Source of the DNA: Octopus vulgaris
Taxonomy: Eukaryota
DNA: 64,000 nt
Direction: 5' to 3'
Assembly: GCA_951406725.2 (NCBI GenBank)
Contig: OX597825.1
Span: 18,972,001 to 19,036,000, forward strand
In this document: positions 1 to 12,825 of the stretch, one piece after another
Layout of the letters: each line of letters starts with the position of its first letter
Numbering within the stretch: position 1 is the first letter of the stretch
Notes under the pieces: generated by a model
Databases searched by the model: none
Told to the model about the DNA's origin: nothing
The model's input: only the letters and a program-made list of their open reading frames with translations
Program-made: the position numbers and the translations under genes

Positions 1-210
1 TCAAGCAATGATGGGGGAGACGAACACAAAGACGCATACACACACACATATACGACAGGCTTCTTTTAGTTTCTTTCTATCAAATCCACTCACAAGTATT
101 TGGTCGTCTCGAGGCTATAGTGCAATACACTTGACGAAGATGTCAAACTGTGGGATTGAACCGAGAAACAAGTGGTTCAAAAGCAAGCTCCTTATCACAC
201 GACCCACCCC
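1..210 (-). mobile_element. SINE group A, diverged 5' half (cut by window edge)
   Basis: Reverse complement of the group A head seen at 3801 (caaatccactcacaag, gaggctatag, tgggattgaaccg). Confidence 0.8.
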
Positions 211-236
211 GTATATATATGTGTGTGTGTGTGTGT

Positions 237-562
237 GAAGGCGAGTAGCTTAGTGGTTAGTGCATTTGGCTCACGATCGTATGGTCGTTAGTTCAATTAT
301 CGGCGGCACGTATTGTCCTTGAGCAATATACTTTATTTCACGTTGCTCCAATCATCTCAGAAGACAAAAATGAGTAATACCTGTACTTCAAAGGGCCAGC
401 CTTGTCACGCTCTGTGTCAAATTGAATCTCCCTGAAAAATACGTTAAGATTACTCGTGTCTCTGGAGTGTTTAGACATTTGCACTTTAATTTCATGAGCA
501 AGCTGTTCCGTTGATCGTATCAGCTGGAACTCCGTCGTTGTAACCGATATGAATTGCTCCCC
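237..562 (+). mobile_element. SINE group B (tRNA-derived)
   Basis: A box TAGCTTAGTGG, B box AGTTCAATT, tgtccttgagcaa core; collinear with 24197-24516. Confidence 0.85.
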
Positions 563-566
563 AAAA

Positions 567-1110
<544 letters not shown>

Positions 1111-1539
1111 TACATATATTAATTAGTGGCACACTAATCAGTGTTGAATGAAATACGGGCAAGTGAGCGTATTTATGTATAGATTTTGTGTGTATGTCTG
1201 TTTGTGTGTATGTGAAAGAGAGAAAGTGAGACTGGGAGAGAGAGAGAGAGAGATAATTAGAGAGAAGTGTGAATGATTGTATTTGAAAGCATTATTCCGT
1301 TCAGTGCTTCCACTACTTCGCAATTATTTACACAATATCAACGATTTCCTAAAACATAATCAAAATATTGTTTATATGAATACAAGTTATATGTAGCTGT
1401 CATAATTTGAATACGCATTTTAAATTTGTACAAGTATATCTTTTGGGGTTTTTTTATATATTATTTTACTCACCATTATATATAGAAAAATCTTAGAACT
1501 GCAAAAAAAAAAATAATAAATAAATAAAAAACAGAAAAA

Positions 1540-2220
1540 AAATGCGCCATTTTCAGTCGACAGGATAGCCAGCTTTTCAGCCACTTCCTAGCGATAAAAT
1601 TGGTCAATGACTGAAGATGAACTGTCATCTTTAGAACTTTTATTAACTGTGATAAATTAATTTCAGTCATTGCACCTGATAGCATACACATCTTTCTCTT
1701 GATAAACGCCGCTTCCGAAAACAGCAACTACCGCCTGTGTTGTCATTTATTCAGAGCGATTATAATTCATAATAACATTACTATAGAACTATTGTCTTCC
1801 AATCTTTCGAAATCATCTCCAGGGTCCATTTATCTCTCGAACATAATCTATCAATGAGCATTGCGGATAATTCTAAAAAGCTATTAGGAGAGTAATAGAG
1901 CAACATTCCTGAGATTCACAAGGGAATATCTCAAATGACCTACAGTAGGCAGTTCACTCAGGATTAATGATATTTTCAGTGACATTAGTCATTGGTTACG
2001 ATCAATAAAAGAAAATTCTTCATGATATCTATGGATACTATTTACTTAGGTGTGTGTGCATATGTGTGTATGATACAAAAATACTAGCTCTCTTCGAGCT
2101 TGTGTTGTTTACATTTTTCCGCCGTATTCTTTACATTACAAATAAATGATATTGCATAATATTTTGAGGAAGGGTCGACTTTATACAAGGTAAAGAATTA
2201 AAGCTAAGGTTATCACGGTA
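1540..2220 (-). mobile_element. Possible ancient pogo/Tigger-like transposon remnant
   Basis: Minus-strand NFIARKWLKSW resembles the F.AS.GWL..F motif of the CENP-B-type HTH; ggtcgactttatac...cacggta at 2172-2220 resembles pogo termini. Heavily decayed. Confidence 0.3.
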
Positions 2221-2314
2221 GAAAGGAATTAAATTAGTGGAAAACGGATCCGTGTGGTTCGAATCTTGTATGAATTAATATATTTTGAACTCCATTATTA
2301 AATAATCACAACAG

Positions 2315-2512
2315 TGGGGAGCTGGTAGAAAATTCAATTCGCTGAGAATCACGCTTAGCGGCATTTCGTCCGTCTTTATATTGAGATCAAATTTCGCCGG
2401 TCGACTTCGCCTTTCATACTCTAATCGGGGTCGATAAAGAACAAAAAAATAACGATTGAACACTGGAGTTAATGTACTCGACCATGCTCTTCCCCCAATT
2501 ACAGGCCTGGCA
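2315..2512 (+). mobile_element. SINE group D, diverged
   Basis: gagctggtagaa, gcttagcggcatttcgtc, ggggtcgataaa match 17829-18060. Confidence 0.75.
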
Positions 2513-2534
2513 CCTATCGTACACTCTCTTGTAC

Positions 2535-2735
2535 CCTCTTTTACTTGTTTCAGAGATTTCACTGCGGCCATGTTGGAGCACCGCCTTTAGTCGAGCAAAT
2601 CGACTCCAGGACTTATTCTTTGGAAGCCTAGTACTTATTCTATCGGTCTCTTTTGCCGAAAAGCTGAGATACGGGGACGTAAACATACCAGCATCGGTTG
2701 TCAAGTGATGTTGGGGGACAAAGAGAGACACATAA

Positions 2736-2768
<33 letters not shown>

Positions 2769-2775
2769 TATATAT

Positions 2776-2823
<48 letters not shown>

Positions 2824-2989
2824 TTACGACTGGCTTCTTTCAGTTTCCATCTACCAAATCCACTCACACGGCTTTAGGTGTTCCGAGGCTATAGTAGAAG
2901 ACACTTTCCCAACGTGCCACGCTGAGGGAATGAACCCAGAACCATGTGGTTGGTAAGCAAGCTACTTACCACACAGCCATTCCTGCACC
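2535..2989 (-). mobile_element. SINE group A, full length with internal microsatellite
   Basis: Head, internal (TA)/(TG) tract and tail all present in reverse. Confidence 0.9.
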
Positions 2990-3011
2990 AAAGGATTATT
3001 AAATAACCACT

Positions 3012-3210
3012 AAGGTGCAGAGCTGATAGAATCGTTAGCACGCTGACAAAATGCTTACCGGCATTTCGTTTGTCTTTGCCTTCTGAGTTCAAATTCCACG
3101 GGGGTCGGCATTGTCTTTCATCCTCTAATCCGGGTCGATAAAATAAGTGGTGGTTGAGCGCTAATCCGCCTCTTCTCTTTACTGGCCTTATGCGACAATT
3201 TGAAACCATT
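3012..3210 (+). mobile_element. SINE group D
   Basis: agagctgatagaatcgttagcacg...ttctgagttcaaattcc...gggtcgataaaataagt. Confidence 0.8.
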
Positions 3211-3800
3211 ATAAAATTAATACACTCCTCATTTTTTTTTGCAAAAAATATGTCATCGGCTTCATAAGTATGGTTACGAAGTATCTATAAACAAAATCGG
3301 TTTTGATATCTAGTACTAAAACTTATTGAAATTTCCTTAAAGATCATAGTGCCCACAAAATATAAAACAATGAAACAATTTCTAAAATGTTGAATAGATG
3401 ATATCAGGAATTGTAAGTATGTGAAAGGTGAAGAATGTGAAATATAATTCTTATTACCTTTCAAGCGTTCCTAAATAGCATAAACTCTAAGGCCTATTTA
3501 ACACTCTTAACAGGAATTATTACCTGAGAAGGTCAATTGAACGGATGTGAATATGTTATTCAGCGCCATGTTGGCAGTAATTCAGGAAGGTAATTGTTCG
3601 GTACTGACTTTCTAAATTTGCAATGGTGATGATACTCGTGAATATAGTTGTACTGATGTTCACAAAAATCAAGAGTCATTAGCTAAATAGTTCTATAGTG
3701 ATGTAATAATTTGAAATAGCTTTCCGGCCTTGATTCTTTTAATAACACAACTGGGGAAGAAGTGTGAGAAGCTTCGCAATGAATTATATATTTATGTATA

Positions 3801-4157
3801 TAGGCGCAGGAGTGGCTGTGTGGTAAGTAGCTTAATTACCAACCACATGGTTCCGGGTTCAGTCCCACTGCGTGGCACCTTGGGCAAGTGTCTTCTACTA
3901 TAGTCACGGGCCAACCAAATCCTTGTGAGTGGATTTGGTAGACGGAAACTGAAAAAAGCTCGTCGTATATATGTATATATATATATATGTATGTGTGTGT
4001 ATATGTTTATGTGTCTGTGTTTGTCCCCTAACATCGCTTGATGTTGGTGTGTTTACGTCCCCGTAACTTAGCGGTTCGGCAAAAAGAGACCGATAGAATA
4101 AGTACTAGGCTTACAAAGAATAAGTCGTGGGGTCGATTTGCTCGACTAAAAGCAGTG
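3801..4157 (+). mobile_element. SINE group A (tRNA head, CORE-like segment), 3' truncated
   Basis: A box TGGCTGTGTGG, B box GGTTCAGTCC, caccttgggcaagtg resembling the CORE-SINE motif; many copies in window. Confidence 0.92.
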
Positions 4158-4282
4158 TCGCGTCATAATTTAGTCGATATTAATCAAACTGGATCCAGAC
4201 ATACCAACATCAGAATTAAGGACAGCAGCAACAACAACAGCAACATCAATAAGAACAACAATTACGGAAATAGTACGGTACA

Positions 4283-5220
4283 AATGAACCATTTCCTCTA
4301 CATGGATGATCTGAAGCTTTTTAGTATGAATAAAAAAGAGATAGTATTCATTAATACGGACTGTATGACTCTTCGGCAAACATATAGGCATAGAATTTGG
4401 CATAGATAAGTATGTAATATTAGTCATGGGAAAGGGACAGGTAGTCTACAGTGAAGACATCCAATTACCAGATGGCCAGATATTAGAATCATTGAAAGGA
4501 GGAGAGGGTTATAAGTACCTAGGAGTATTAGAATCTGATAGGGTACTAACTAAAGAAATGAGAACGAAAATTGAGAAGGAGCACATCAGAAGGGCGATGA
4601 AGCTAATGAAGTCAAAGTGAAATGGTCCGAATCTAGTGAAGGCTGTAAATACTTGGGCATTTTCATTACTTAGATAGCAGCTTTTGTAAATTAGGCAAAA
4701 GCTGATTTAGCAAAGCTAGACAAAAGAACTGGGAGGGAATTCAATATGACTGGATGACTCCAACAAAGGACAGGAATAGCAATATTATATCTACCTAGAA
4801 AGTAAGGCGGAAGTGAGCTAATATCAGTAGAAAACTGCGTGGAGTAAGCTAGAGTAGATATAGACTCCTATGTTGGTAATAAGGACGCAAATTTATTAAA
4901 AGCTGCTAGAATCACAGCAAGACAAAGGGAAACCAAAACCCCAAACAGACTTAAAAACCAGAAACAGAACAGAAATTATCTAACTGGCTGGAGAAGGTGT
5001 TACATGGTAGATTCTTAAACTTAGTAGCAGAAAATAGTAGTAGGGAGACGGAGTTAGGGTTGCAGAAAGGAAACCTAATTTATTGTAGCTGCAGAAAACA
5101 TTGTTATTAGGGAGAGCTAAGATACTTAGGAGGGTTCTTGGCATCTAAGGTTACTTGTTGTAGCCCGATCTTAAGATTCTTTTCTTTTCCACCAGTCTAG
5201 TCTTTTGAGTGGATATGAAA
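4283..5220 (+). mobile_element. R4/Dong-clade non-LTR retrotransposon remnant (RT C-terminal half, internally deleted)
   Basis: NHFLYMDDLKLF (YMDD), GYKYLGVLE, KAVNTWA, LYLPRK*GG, terminal LQKTLLLGRAKILRRVL; stops and frameshifts; ends at (TTA)/(TAA)n. Confidence 0.9.
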
Positions 5221-5249
5221 TTATTATTATTATTATCATTATTATTATT

Positions 5250-5328
<79 letters not shown>

Positions 5329-5337
5329 TAATAATAA

Positions 5338-5994
5338 ATTTGCTTGTCAGTTGCTTGACCTTAACCAGTTGAGCATGTCCCTTAGTGGCTGACGATATGT
5401 GCATCTCTGATCACGAGCAGAAGTAGTGGGGAGCATCAATGCCCTGATGCAGTACCAGGCAGTGGCTCTCATGGCTTCTGATCTTAACTGATTGGAAGTG
5501 TTATCATGTACATTGTTTTGTCTTGGTATAAAAGATGGGCTACAGCAAATATTCTGCTCAATACCACAGATTTGCTTGTCAGTTGCTTGACCTTAACCAG
5601 TTGAGCATGTCCCTTAGTGGCTGACGATATGTGCATCTCTGATCACGAGCAGAAGTAGTGGGGGAGCATCATAGCCATGTGTTGAGAGGGATTCTTTGGG
5701 GTTTGAATAATTCACCTCTGGAAACATGGGTGGTTTTTTCAACATCCTTAAACAACCCTTATTCAGGGACCGTTTGAGCGGGATGGGCTACTCAACCTGA
5801 AGAAGATTCTAACTGGGCCCCACCTGCAAGGTCATGTGCTGTTTTTCTTGATATGAGATCACCATGTCGCGCACATATGGTTGTGATGCATGTGCCTGGT
5901 GTACCTTTATCAGACGGGTAGTCATGATGGGTATATTGGGCTTCGTATATGTTACCCCAGTGTCACGTTGATGGCATGAACTGCTCTCTCACTC

Positions 5995-5995
<1 letters not shown>
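5338..5995 (-). mobile_element. Non-coding interspersed element embedded in (AAT)n, putative non-autonomous Dong/R4 partner
   Basis: Second partial copy at 12315-12487; both abut (AAT)n. Orientation and class are inferred. Confidence 0.65.
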
Positions 5996-6026
<31 letters not shown>

Positions 6027-6037
6027 TAATAATAATA

Positions 6038-6517
6038 ACCTGAAGGCATCCTCGGAAATGATAATGCAAAGATCTTATGAGATTTTATGATTCACTGCGT
6101 CCATGAGATAGAGAATATGAAACCAGATATAATGTTAATTGAGGAAGAAAGCAAACTGTGCTGGATCAGAGATATTGCATGCCCAGCTGACAACAAGGCT
6201 TGCGATAAGGAAGAAAGAAAAAGTCAATAGATATGACAGGTTAGCTTGAGAGGTTAAGCTGTTGTGGTCGATGAAAACGGTGGTAGTAGTACCAATAATT
6301 GTCGGAGCTCTGGGAACAGTTAGTAAAACTTTTGAGAAATACTTGGAAAAAATAGGGGCTGCAATAATAGTGGAGTACTTGCAGGAAACAGCACTGCTTG
6401 GAACCGTTCGAATACTCCTGATGGTGCTTGAAAATAAGGGTGAGGCACCTTAGTTCACTGGTAATGAACAGCTGACACCGTAGTACAGGACCAGCGTTAG
6501 AAGCTGTGCAAAGCCGA
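6038..6517 (+). mobile_element. R4/Dong-clade LINE 3' end (restriction-like endonuclease domain)
   Basis: KPDIMLIEEESKLCWIRDIACPAD (PD..D motif), VVPIIVGALGTV, LQETALLGTVRIL; 5'-truncated inside (TAA)n. Confidence 0.92.
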
Positions 6518-6805
6518 GAAGAAGAAGAACAAGAAGAAGAAGAAGAAGAAGGAGGAGGAGGAGGAGAAGACGAAGAAGAAGATGATGATGATAATGAAGA
6601 AGGAGGAGAAGAAGATGATGACGATGATGATGATGAAGGAGGAGGAAGAAGAAGAAGAAGAAGAAGAAGAAGAAGAAGATGATGATGATGATGATGATGA
6701 AGAAGAAGAAGAAGAAGAACAACAACAACAACAACAAGATGATGATGATGATGAAGAAGACGAAGAAGAAGAAGAAGAAAAAAATAATAATAAGAAGAAG
6801 AAAAA

Positions 6806-6836
<31 letters not shown>

Positions 6837-6872
6837 AAGAAGAAGAAGAAGAAGAAGAAGAAGAAGAAGAAT
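6517..6872. repeat. Compound trinucleotide microsatellite (GAA/GAT/CAA)
   Basis: Direct reading. Confidence 0.95.
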
Positions 6873-7160
6873 GACGCCGACGAATATTTTACAAGTTGAC
6901 AATACGTTCCTCCCTCTATCTGAAAAGTAGGCATTTGACGTAAGTTATATTATCATATCACAAAAATTACAGAATACATTGCTCAAAATCTACTCAAGAT
7001 TATTTTTCAGAATTGCTCTTCTACCTACGTAATTTGTGTTGCATCTGTACGTAATTTATGAGAAATGTTTACTAAAATATTTTACTGCGTGATGTGCGTA
7101 TTTGTAAAAAACTATTTTCGGATATATATTTATCCGCAAGTTTTAATCATTCCGAAGGCA

Positions 7161-7541
7161 TCTCTCTCTATATAAACGGCAGTTTGTCTGTGCGTTTTCT
7201 GTGTGTCTGTTTGCTTGTACCCTCACCCTGACCACGGCCTTCAACCGATTCTGATGAAACTTGACACACACATAGCCCAATGTCATAATTCAAAACTAAC
7301 GCAGCGAAAATTTTGAAAAGTTCCCCAGTTCTGAAAAAAATCGATAAATTCGACATGGGGTCGAGAATCAGAAACACAAACCGCAAACTGTCTAGGGGAC
7401 GGAACTCCACCTTTTTTAACTAAAAAAAAAATTTACCATCATTTTTTTCCATTTTTTTGCTATTTTTTGGCTATAACTCTCTAAAAATGCTTTATAGTTA
7501 TTTCCCTTACAAACCTGAGCAACGCCGGGCGATACTGCTAG
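7161..7541 (+). mobile_element. Non-autonomous Helitron
   Basis: 5' TC after host A (7160), subterminal hairpin cctgagcaacgccgggc, 3' CTAG followed by host T (7542), no TSD. Confidence 0.9.
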
Positions 7542-8415
7542 TCTCTTATAACTGAAATCATCTCTCCATTCATTCAACACACTGAGTTATCTTTTTTACT
7601 GTATGTTTTACATTTCTGTAATTTCTTTCCTCTTCCTCTAGAGATGATTTATCGTTTGTGGTGATTGAGTGCTAGAATATGAAGCCCATATCTGACAGTT
7701 ATTTATAACAATATCCGGTCAATTAACTTTGAACTATATGTGTGGATTTACGTATCCCTTAGTGTGATCATCTTAGCTAGGAAAAGCTTTTTAGTGTAAG
7801 AGTACACATTCACCTTTATGATACTAATTCGTGAGGTTTGCGTAAATGAATTCGCTCTGAGCTCGAGAGAGGCACCAGAGACCATGTACTAAATTGCCTC
7901 ATCCCAACTGATAGAGACTTGACAATTTCCAATGCATTGTTCTTCATTTTAAAGTGGTTTGTGATGGGAAGTTTTTTATGATCTGCTGCGATGAAGAATT
8001 TTTCAGCTAAGCTTCATGTTCGTATCAGCCAATGATACAATTTGCCTTAGCTTCTCACCGCCATGTTAAGTTATTTCCAGCTATTGTCCATCATTTCTCG
8101 CGCATAACTTATGATTGTTTATGTTCAAAATATAGTTATTTACATTCTTATAGCATTTATATCCGCGTTGAGTTTTGTTTAAAATAATAGATATGTGTTT
8201 AATTGTCATAATTCCAATTTTCGATGTATCTGTAGAAGAGTTTGTTGGTTATTTTAAAGGGTTATTTGTATCGCCTCATGGTTAATGTATCCAGGATCTA
8301 CGTGGGGGAAAGCATGGCCAAAATTAGTCTGGTAGTCAATCTATGCCTTGCTGAAAACACTTTACATCTGCAGCCTTATATATTGTTGGTAACTGCATAT
8401 TTTTCCCACAATGAT

Positions 8416-8578
8416 AGGCGTAGGAGTGGCTGTGTGGCAAGTAGCTTGATTACCAACCACATGGTTCCGGGTTCAGACTCACTGCGTAGTATCTTGGGCA
8501 GGTGTCTTCTACTATAGTCTCGGGCCAACCAAAGCCTTGTGAGTGGATATGGTAGACGGAAGCTGAAAGAAGCCAGTC

Positions 8579-8640
<62 letters not shown>

Positions 8641-8846
8641 AGTGTGTGTGTGTGTGATGTGATTAACAACCGATGCTGGTGTGTTTACGTCCCCGTAACT
8701 TAGCCGTTCGGCAAAAGTCACCGATATAATAAGTACTAGGCTTACAATGAATAAGTCCTGGGGTCGACTTGCACGACTAAACATGGTGCTCCAGCATGGC
8801 CACGGTCAAATGACTGAAAGAAATAAAAGAGTAAAAGAGCAAAAGA
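8416..8846 (+). mobile_element. SINE group A, full length
   Basis: Head, (TA)n insert and tail ending in taaaagag repeats. Confidence 0.92.
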
Positions 8847-9084
8847 ATGATATTAACGGAGTTCCGTATCATCAAATTGTCAGGCATAGCTCATTTTATG
8901 GTGTGTTACTTCAAACAAGTTAGAAACTGCGATGGACTATTCCCATAAAACTGGAGCCAGACGTTTTGTTCGCTGCGCTCAATGTCTTATTATATAAACC
9001 TGTTAAATATCTTAACCAAGCGTTTCGGTGTTTATCCTATTCTAACGCTTTCCAGTTACTTGTTTTCTGTAGTATCTTGGTTAC

Positions 9085-9283
<199 letters not shown>

Positions 9284-9399
9284 TATTATTATAATAATAA
9301 TAATAATAATAATAATTTAGCCAAAACTCATATCGGATTAGAGGGAATATAAGCAACAACGAACAGTAGTAAAAGAAATGAAAATAATAATATCAGTGA

Positions 9400-9622
9400 T
9401 ACTCTCTTTACTCTTTTACCTGTTTCAGTCAATTGACTGTGGCCATGCTGGAGCATCACCTTTAGTCGAGCAAGTCCACCCCAGGACTTATTCTTTGAAA
9501 GCCTAGTACTTATTCTATCGGTCTCTTTTGCCGAACCACTACGTTATGGTGACGTAAGCACGCCAGCATTAGTTGACAAGCGATGTTGGGAGGGGGCGAA
9601 TACACACACACACACATACATA

Positions 9623-9668
<46 letters not shown>

Positions 9669-9838
9669 GACGGGCTTCTTTCAGTTTCTGTCTACCAAAT
9701 CCACTCACAAGGCTTTGGTCGGCCCGTGGCTATAGTAGAAGACAATTGCCCAATGTGTCACGCATTGGGAATGAACCCGGAACCATGTGGTCGGTGTTTG
9801 GTAAGCAAGCTCCTTACCACACAGCCACTCCTGCGCCT
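9400..9838 (-). mobile_element. SINE group A, full length
   Basis: Reverse copy of 8416-8846. Confidence 0.92.
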
Positions 9839-10545
9839 GGCTTTTTTACTTTTTTTTTTATTTTTGCTATTATGATCGACGATTCTTCAGGTGCTGCACA
9901 CGCTATTTTGAAGAAATTCATCAACAGATATTCCTTAGTTGTAAATATTCTTCACATAGTATTTTTCTACATCTCCTGCAGTTGGTCATATATTGATTTC
10001 CGTTTTATTTTTACCTTGTTATTGAAAACATATTCGGGGATCGCAGTTAAACTGTTTGCTTTGTTCAAATAATCGTTGTAGCTTTTCATACTGCCGGATT
10101 ATTTCCGTTTTAGTGAGAATAGCTTGCTTTAGGCGTTTTTTTCCATCTCGGATTTTGCTATTGTTTGTTATAGTTGTGTATATGTATGTAGGGTTTGCTT
10201 TCCTTCGTTCTGTCTGTCCGTTCGGGATTGTATGTTTTTAATTAATTGTCAACTCCTTCAATATATTTGTTTCCATATTGTCTGCTAGGGTTTTTCTATT
10301 GATCTACGCATTAAACTGAAGAAATGCTCGTTTCCTTTCTAAACGTGTTTTATGTATATTATTTTTTCATCTCGGTTATATTAACGTTGCTCTCCCTTTA
10401 ATTAAGTCTTCGAAAGCCAAATTTTCGTATTTTATTGTCATAAATATCGTCATCGGTCCATTTGGCCCGTTCGGATATATTTGCAATGATTGTAAATCTT
10501 TAATTCTTTTCATATTTCAAATTTCATATTGCATTTTATTTTATA

Positions 10546-10931
10546 CTAGCAGTATCGCCCAGCGTTGCTTGGGTTTGTTTCGACCCTTTAGAATTGGGAT
10601 TTTTGAAAAGTAAAAATTTTGCATTATGTAGCTTTTTATTCTCTTTAAGTGAACATTTTTTTGATTGAAATACACTGAAAAATGGCGACACAGCAGTCAA
10701 AGAATCGTAAAAAATAAGGGTTTTCATAGGAAAAAAGCACCTTTTTGATGTAAATAGAATTTGGTGTTAACATGGTCCGATTTCAATTTTTTCTTCTACG
10801 GAAGGAAGAGCAAGCCATCATACTCTCAATTTTGGTCAACTTTCGCCGCAGGATTTCGGAGGAGATAAGTGTCAGTTGAAGGCTTCCAAACCTGCCATAC
10901 ACAGACAACTTCAGCTTTATATATAGAGAGA
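10546..10931 (-). mobile_element. Non-autonomous Helitron
   Basis: On minus: A|TCTCTCTATAT...cccaagcaacgctgggcgatactgCTAG|T; same 3' end as 7161-7541. Confidence 0.9.
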
Positions 10932-11440
10932 TTTCTCAAATTATCGTATATTGCATTTCTATTGTTCTGATTCTATTTTCATTGGTCAGTATCCTTTGTG
11001 AATTTTTTGTGTGATTCTTTAACATATGATCGTTTTCTCTTTATGTTATGCTTCAAATATTTTCATTTTGTTTGTTTTCTTTTCGCTACTTACGCTTCGT
11101 TATATGCATTTTTGATTCTTAAATTCTCTTTGGAGTTTGATAATGTAATTGATTTTGAGTTGTATCATCTTGTAAGAATTAACCTTGATCACATTGTTAG
11201 ACCCGCTTGGACATTTACAGCCTTTCTTTTTTTTATTTACTCTTTCCGAAACATCATGAGTTAAATCTAGCCCTTCCGTTTCATTTTCACTTACATTTTA
11301 TGTCGGTTTATTTGAAGCTGACAACGACAAGGTATGTTTGCTCTATTTTCTTATTTGCAGTCGTATCTGTTCACCTATTGCACTTGATACAGGAAATGCA
11401 ATCCTCGTCCTCCTCGTGAAGATCACCATCAGCCCTATAC

Positions 11441-11851
11441 TCATCATCATTGTTCGACCGTGGTCGAGACAATGGAATTTACTATGTTACGCCAGACTTC
11501 ACGGTCCATCATAGCATTACGGAGGTCCTGTTGCTGGATGCCTGTATCCCTGGAGATTACATCAGGGTAGGAGAGTGTGCGCCCTCTGGTGTTGCGAGTA
11601 GATGGCTTCCAGAGGAGAAGAGTAGAAATTACTTCTTTTTCAGCTCTACAACAATGTCCAGCAAACTGGACTCTCCTACCTTTCACAAGAGATGACACAG
11701 GTGGTAATTTCCCATATATTTGCATTTTGGTTGGATGGCGCCTCCACGAGATATTTTGAGCTCTCATAAGGAGGTGAGTGTAGGTTCCATCCAACCGCCT
11801 CTCAAGCTTCTTTGATAACGTCCAGGTTTCTGAGCCATATAGTAGAGCCCT
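11441..11851 (-). mobile_element. RTE/RTE-X-type LINE 3' end
   Basis: LLYGSETWTLSKKLERRLDGTYTHLLMRAQNISW...FAGHC...AMMDREVWR, stop followed by (TGA)n tail. Confidence 0.9.
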
Positions 11852-11852
11852 A

Positions 11853-11978
<126 letters not shown>

Positions 11979-12223
11979 CTGCAAGAAGTGCAAAAGATTG
12001 TCTTCACTGGTACATCACACGTATTGAGAAGAGCATTGTCGATGTGAGAACTATTACTACCCATGTATTTTAATTTAACTTTATTTCTATAAAAAAATAG
12101 AACGAACTAGTGAGTTAAGTTTAATGGCCTACCAATATATACTATGAGTTTCTTTGCCCTAGGAGTCGGGAAGACACTCGGCAAGAAATGGAAGCAAATT
12201 TGAAAGAACGAGAAAAAACCATA

Positions 12224-12273
<50 letters not shown>

Positions 12274-12314
12274 TAATAACAGTAATAATATTCCTTTCTA
12301 CTATAGGCACAAGG

Positions 12315-12487
12315 CCTGCAAGGTCATGTGCTGTTTATCTTGATATGAGATTACCATGTCGCGCATATATGACTGCGATGCATTTGTCTGGTGCACCCTT
12401 ATCAAGCTGGTAGTCATGATGGGTATATTGGACTTTGTATATTTTACCACAGTGTCACTTTGATGACATGCGCTGATCTCTCACTCA
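12315..12487 (-). mobile_element. Partial copy of the 5338-5995 element
   Basis: Collinear with 5823-5995. Confidence 0.85.
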
Positions 12488-12557
12488 ATAATAATAATAA
12501 TGATAACAACAACAACAACAACAACAGCGTCAATAATAATAATAATAATAATAATAA

Positions 12558-12825
12558 CTGACCCAGCATGCCTGTTTGATCTTTAAGATCGTAAAGAATG
12601 AAGACAAAAAATATAAAAGAAATACGATCCCTTTAAAAATTTGAAACAGGAAGAATTTGGCGCATGCGAACAGTAAAGGTTGTACGTATTAATAATTGGC
12701 GTGTTGAGAACAGTAAGGAAAGGCATAGAGAAATGGCTGAAGAAGATTGGAATAGAATGCCATGTAGGGCTCCTACGGAGAGTTACTTTCTCAGGGACAA
12801 CAAGGATTTTCAGGATTATTTTGGG
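12558..12825 (+). mobile_element. R4/Dong LINE 3' end remnant
   Basis: DPACLFD, IIIGVLRTVRKGIEKWLKKIGIEC, GTTRIFRIILG; begins in (TAA)n. Confidence 0.75.

Noticed and set aside
6450-6934. Poly-E/D/K/L/S ORFs on both strands
   Set aside because: Trinucleotide microsatellite, open in several frames by construction.
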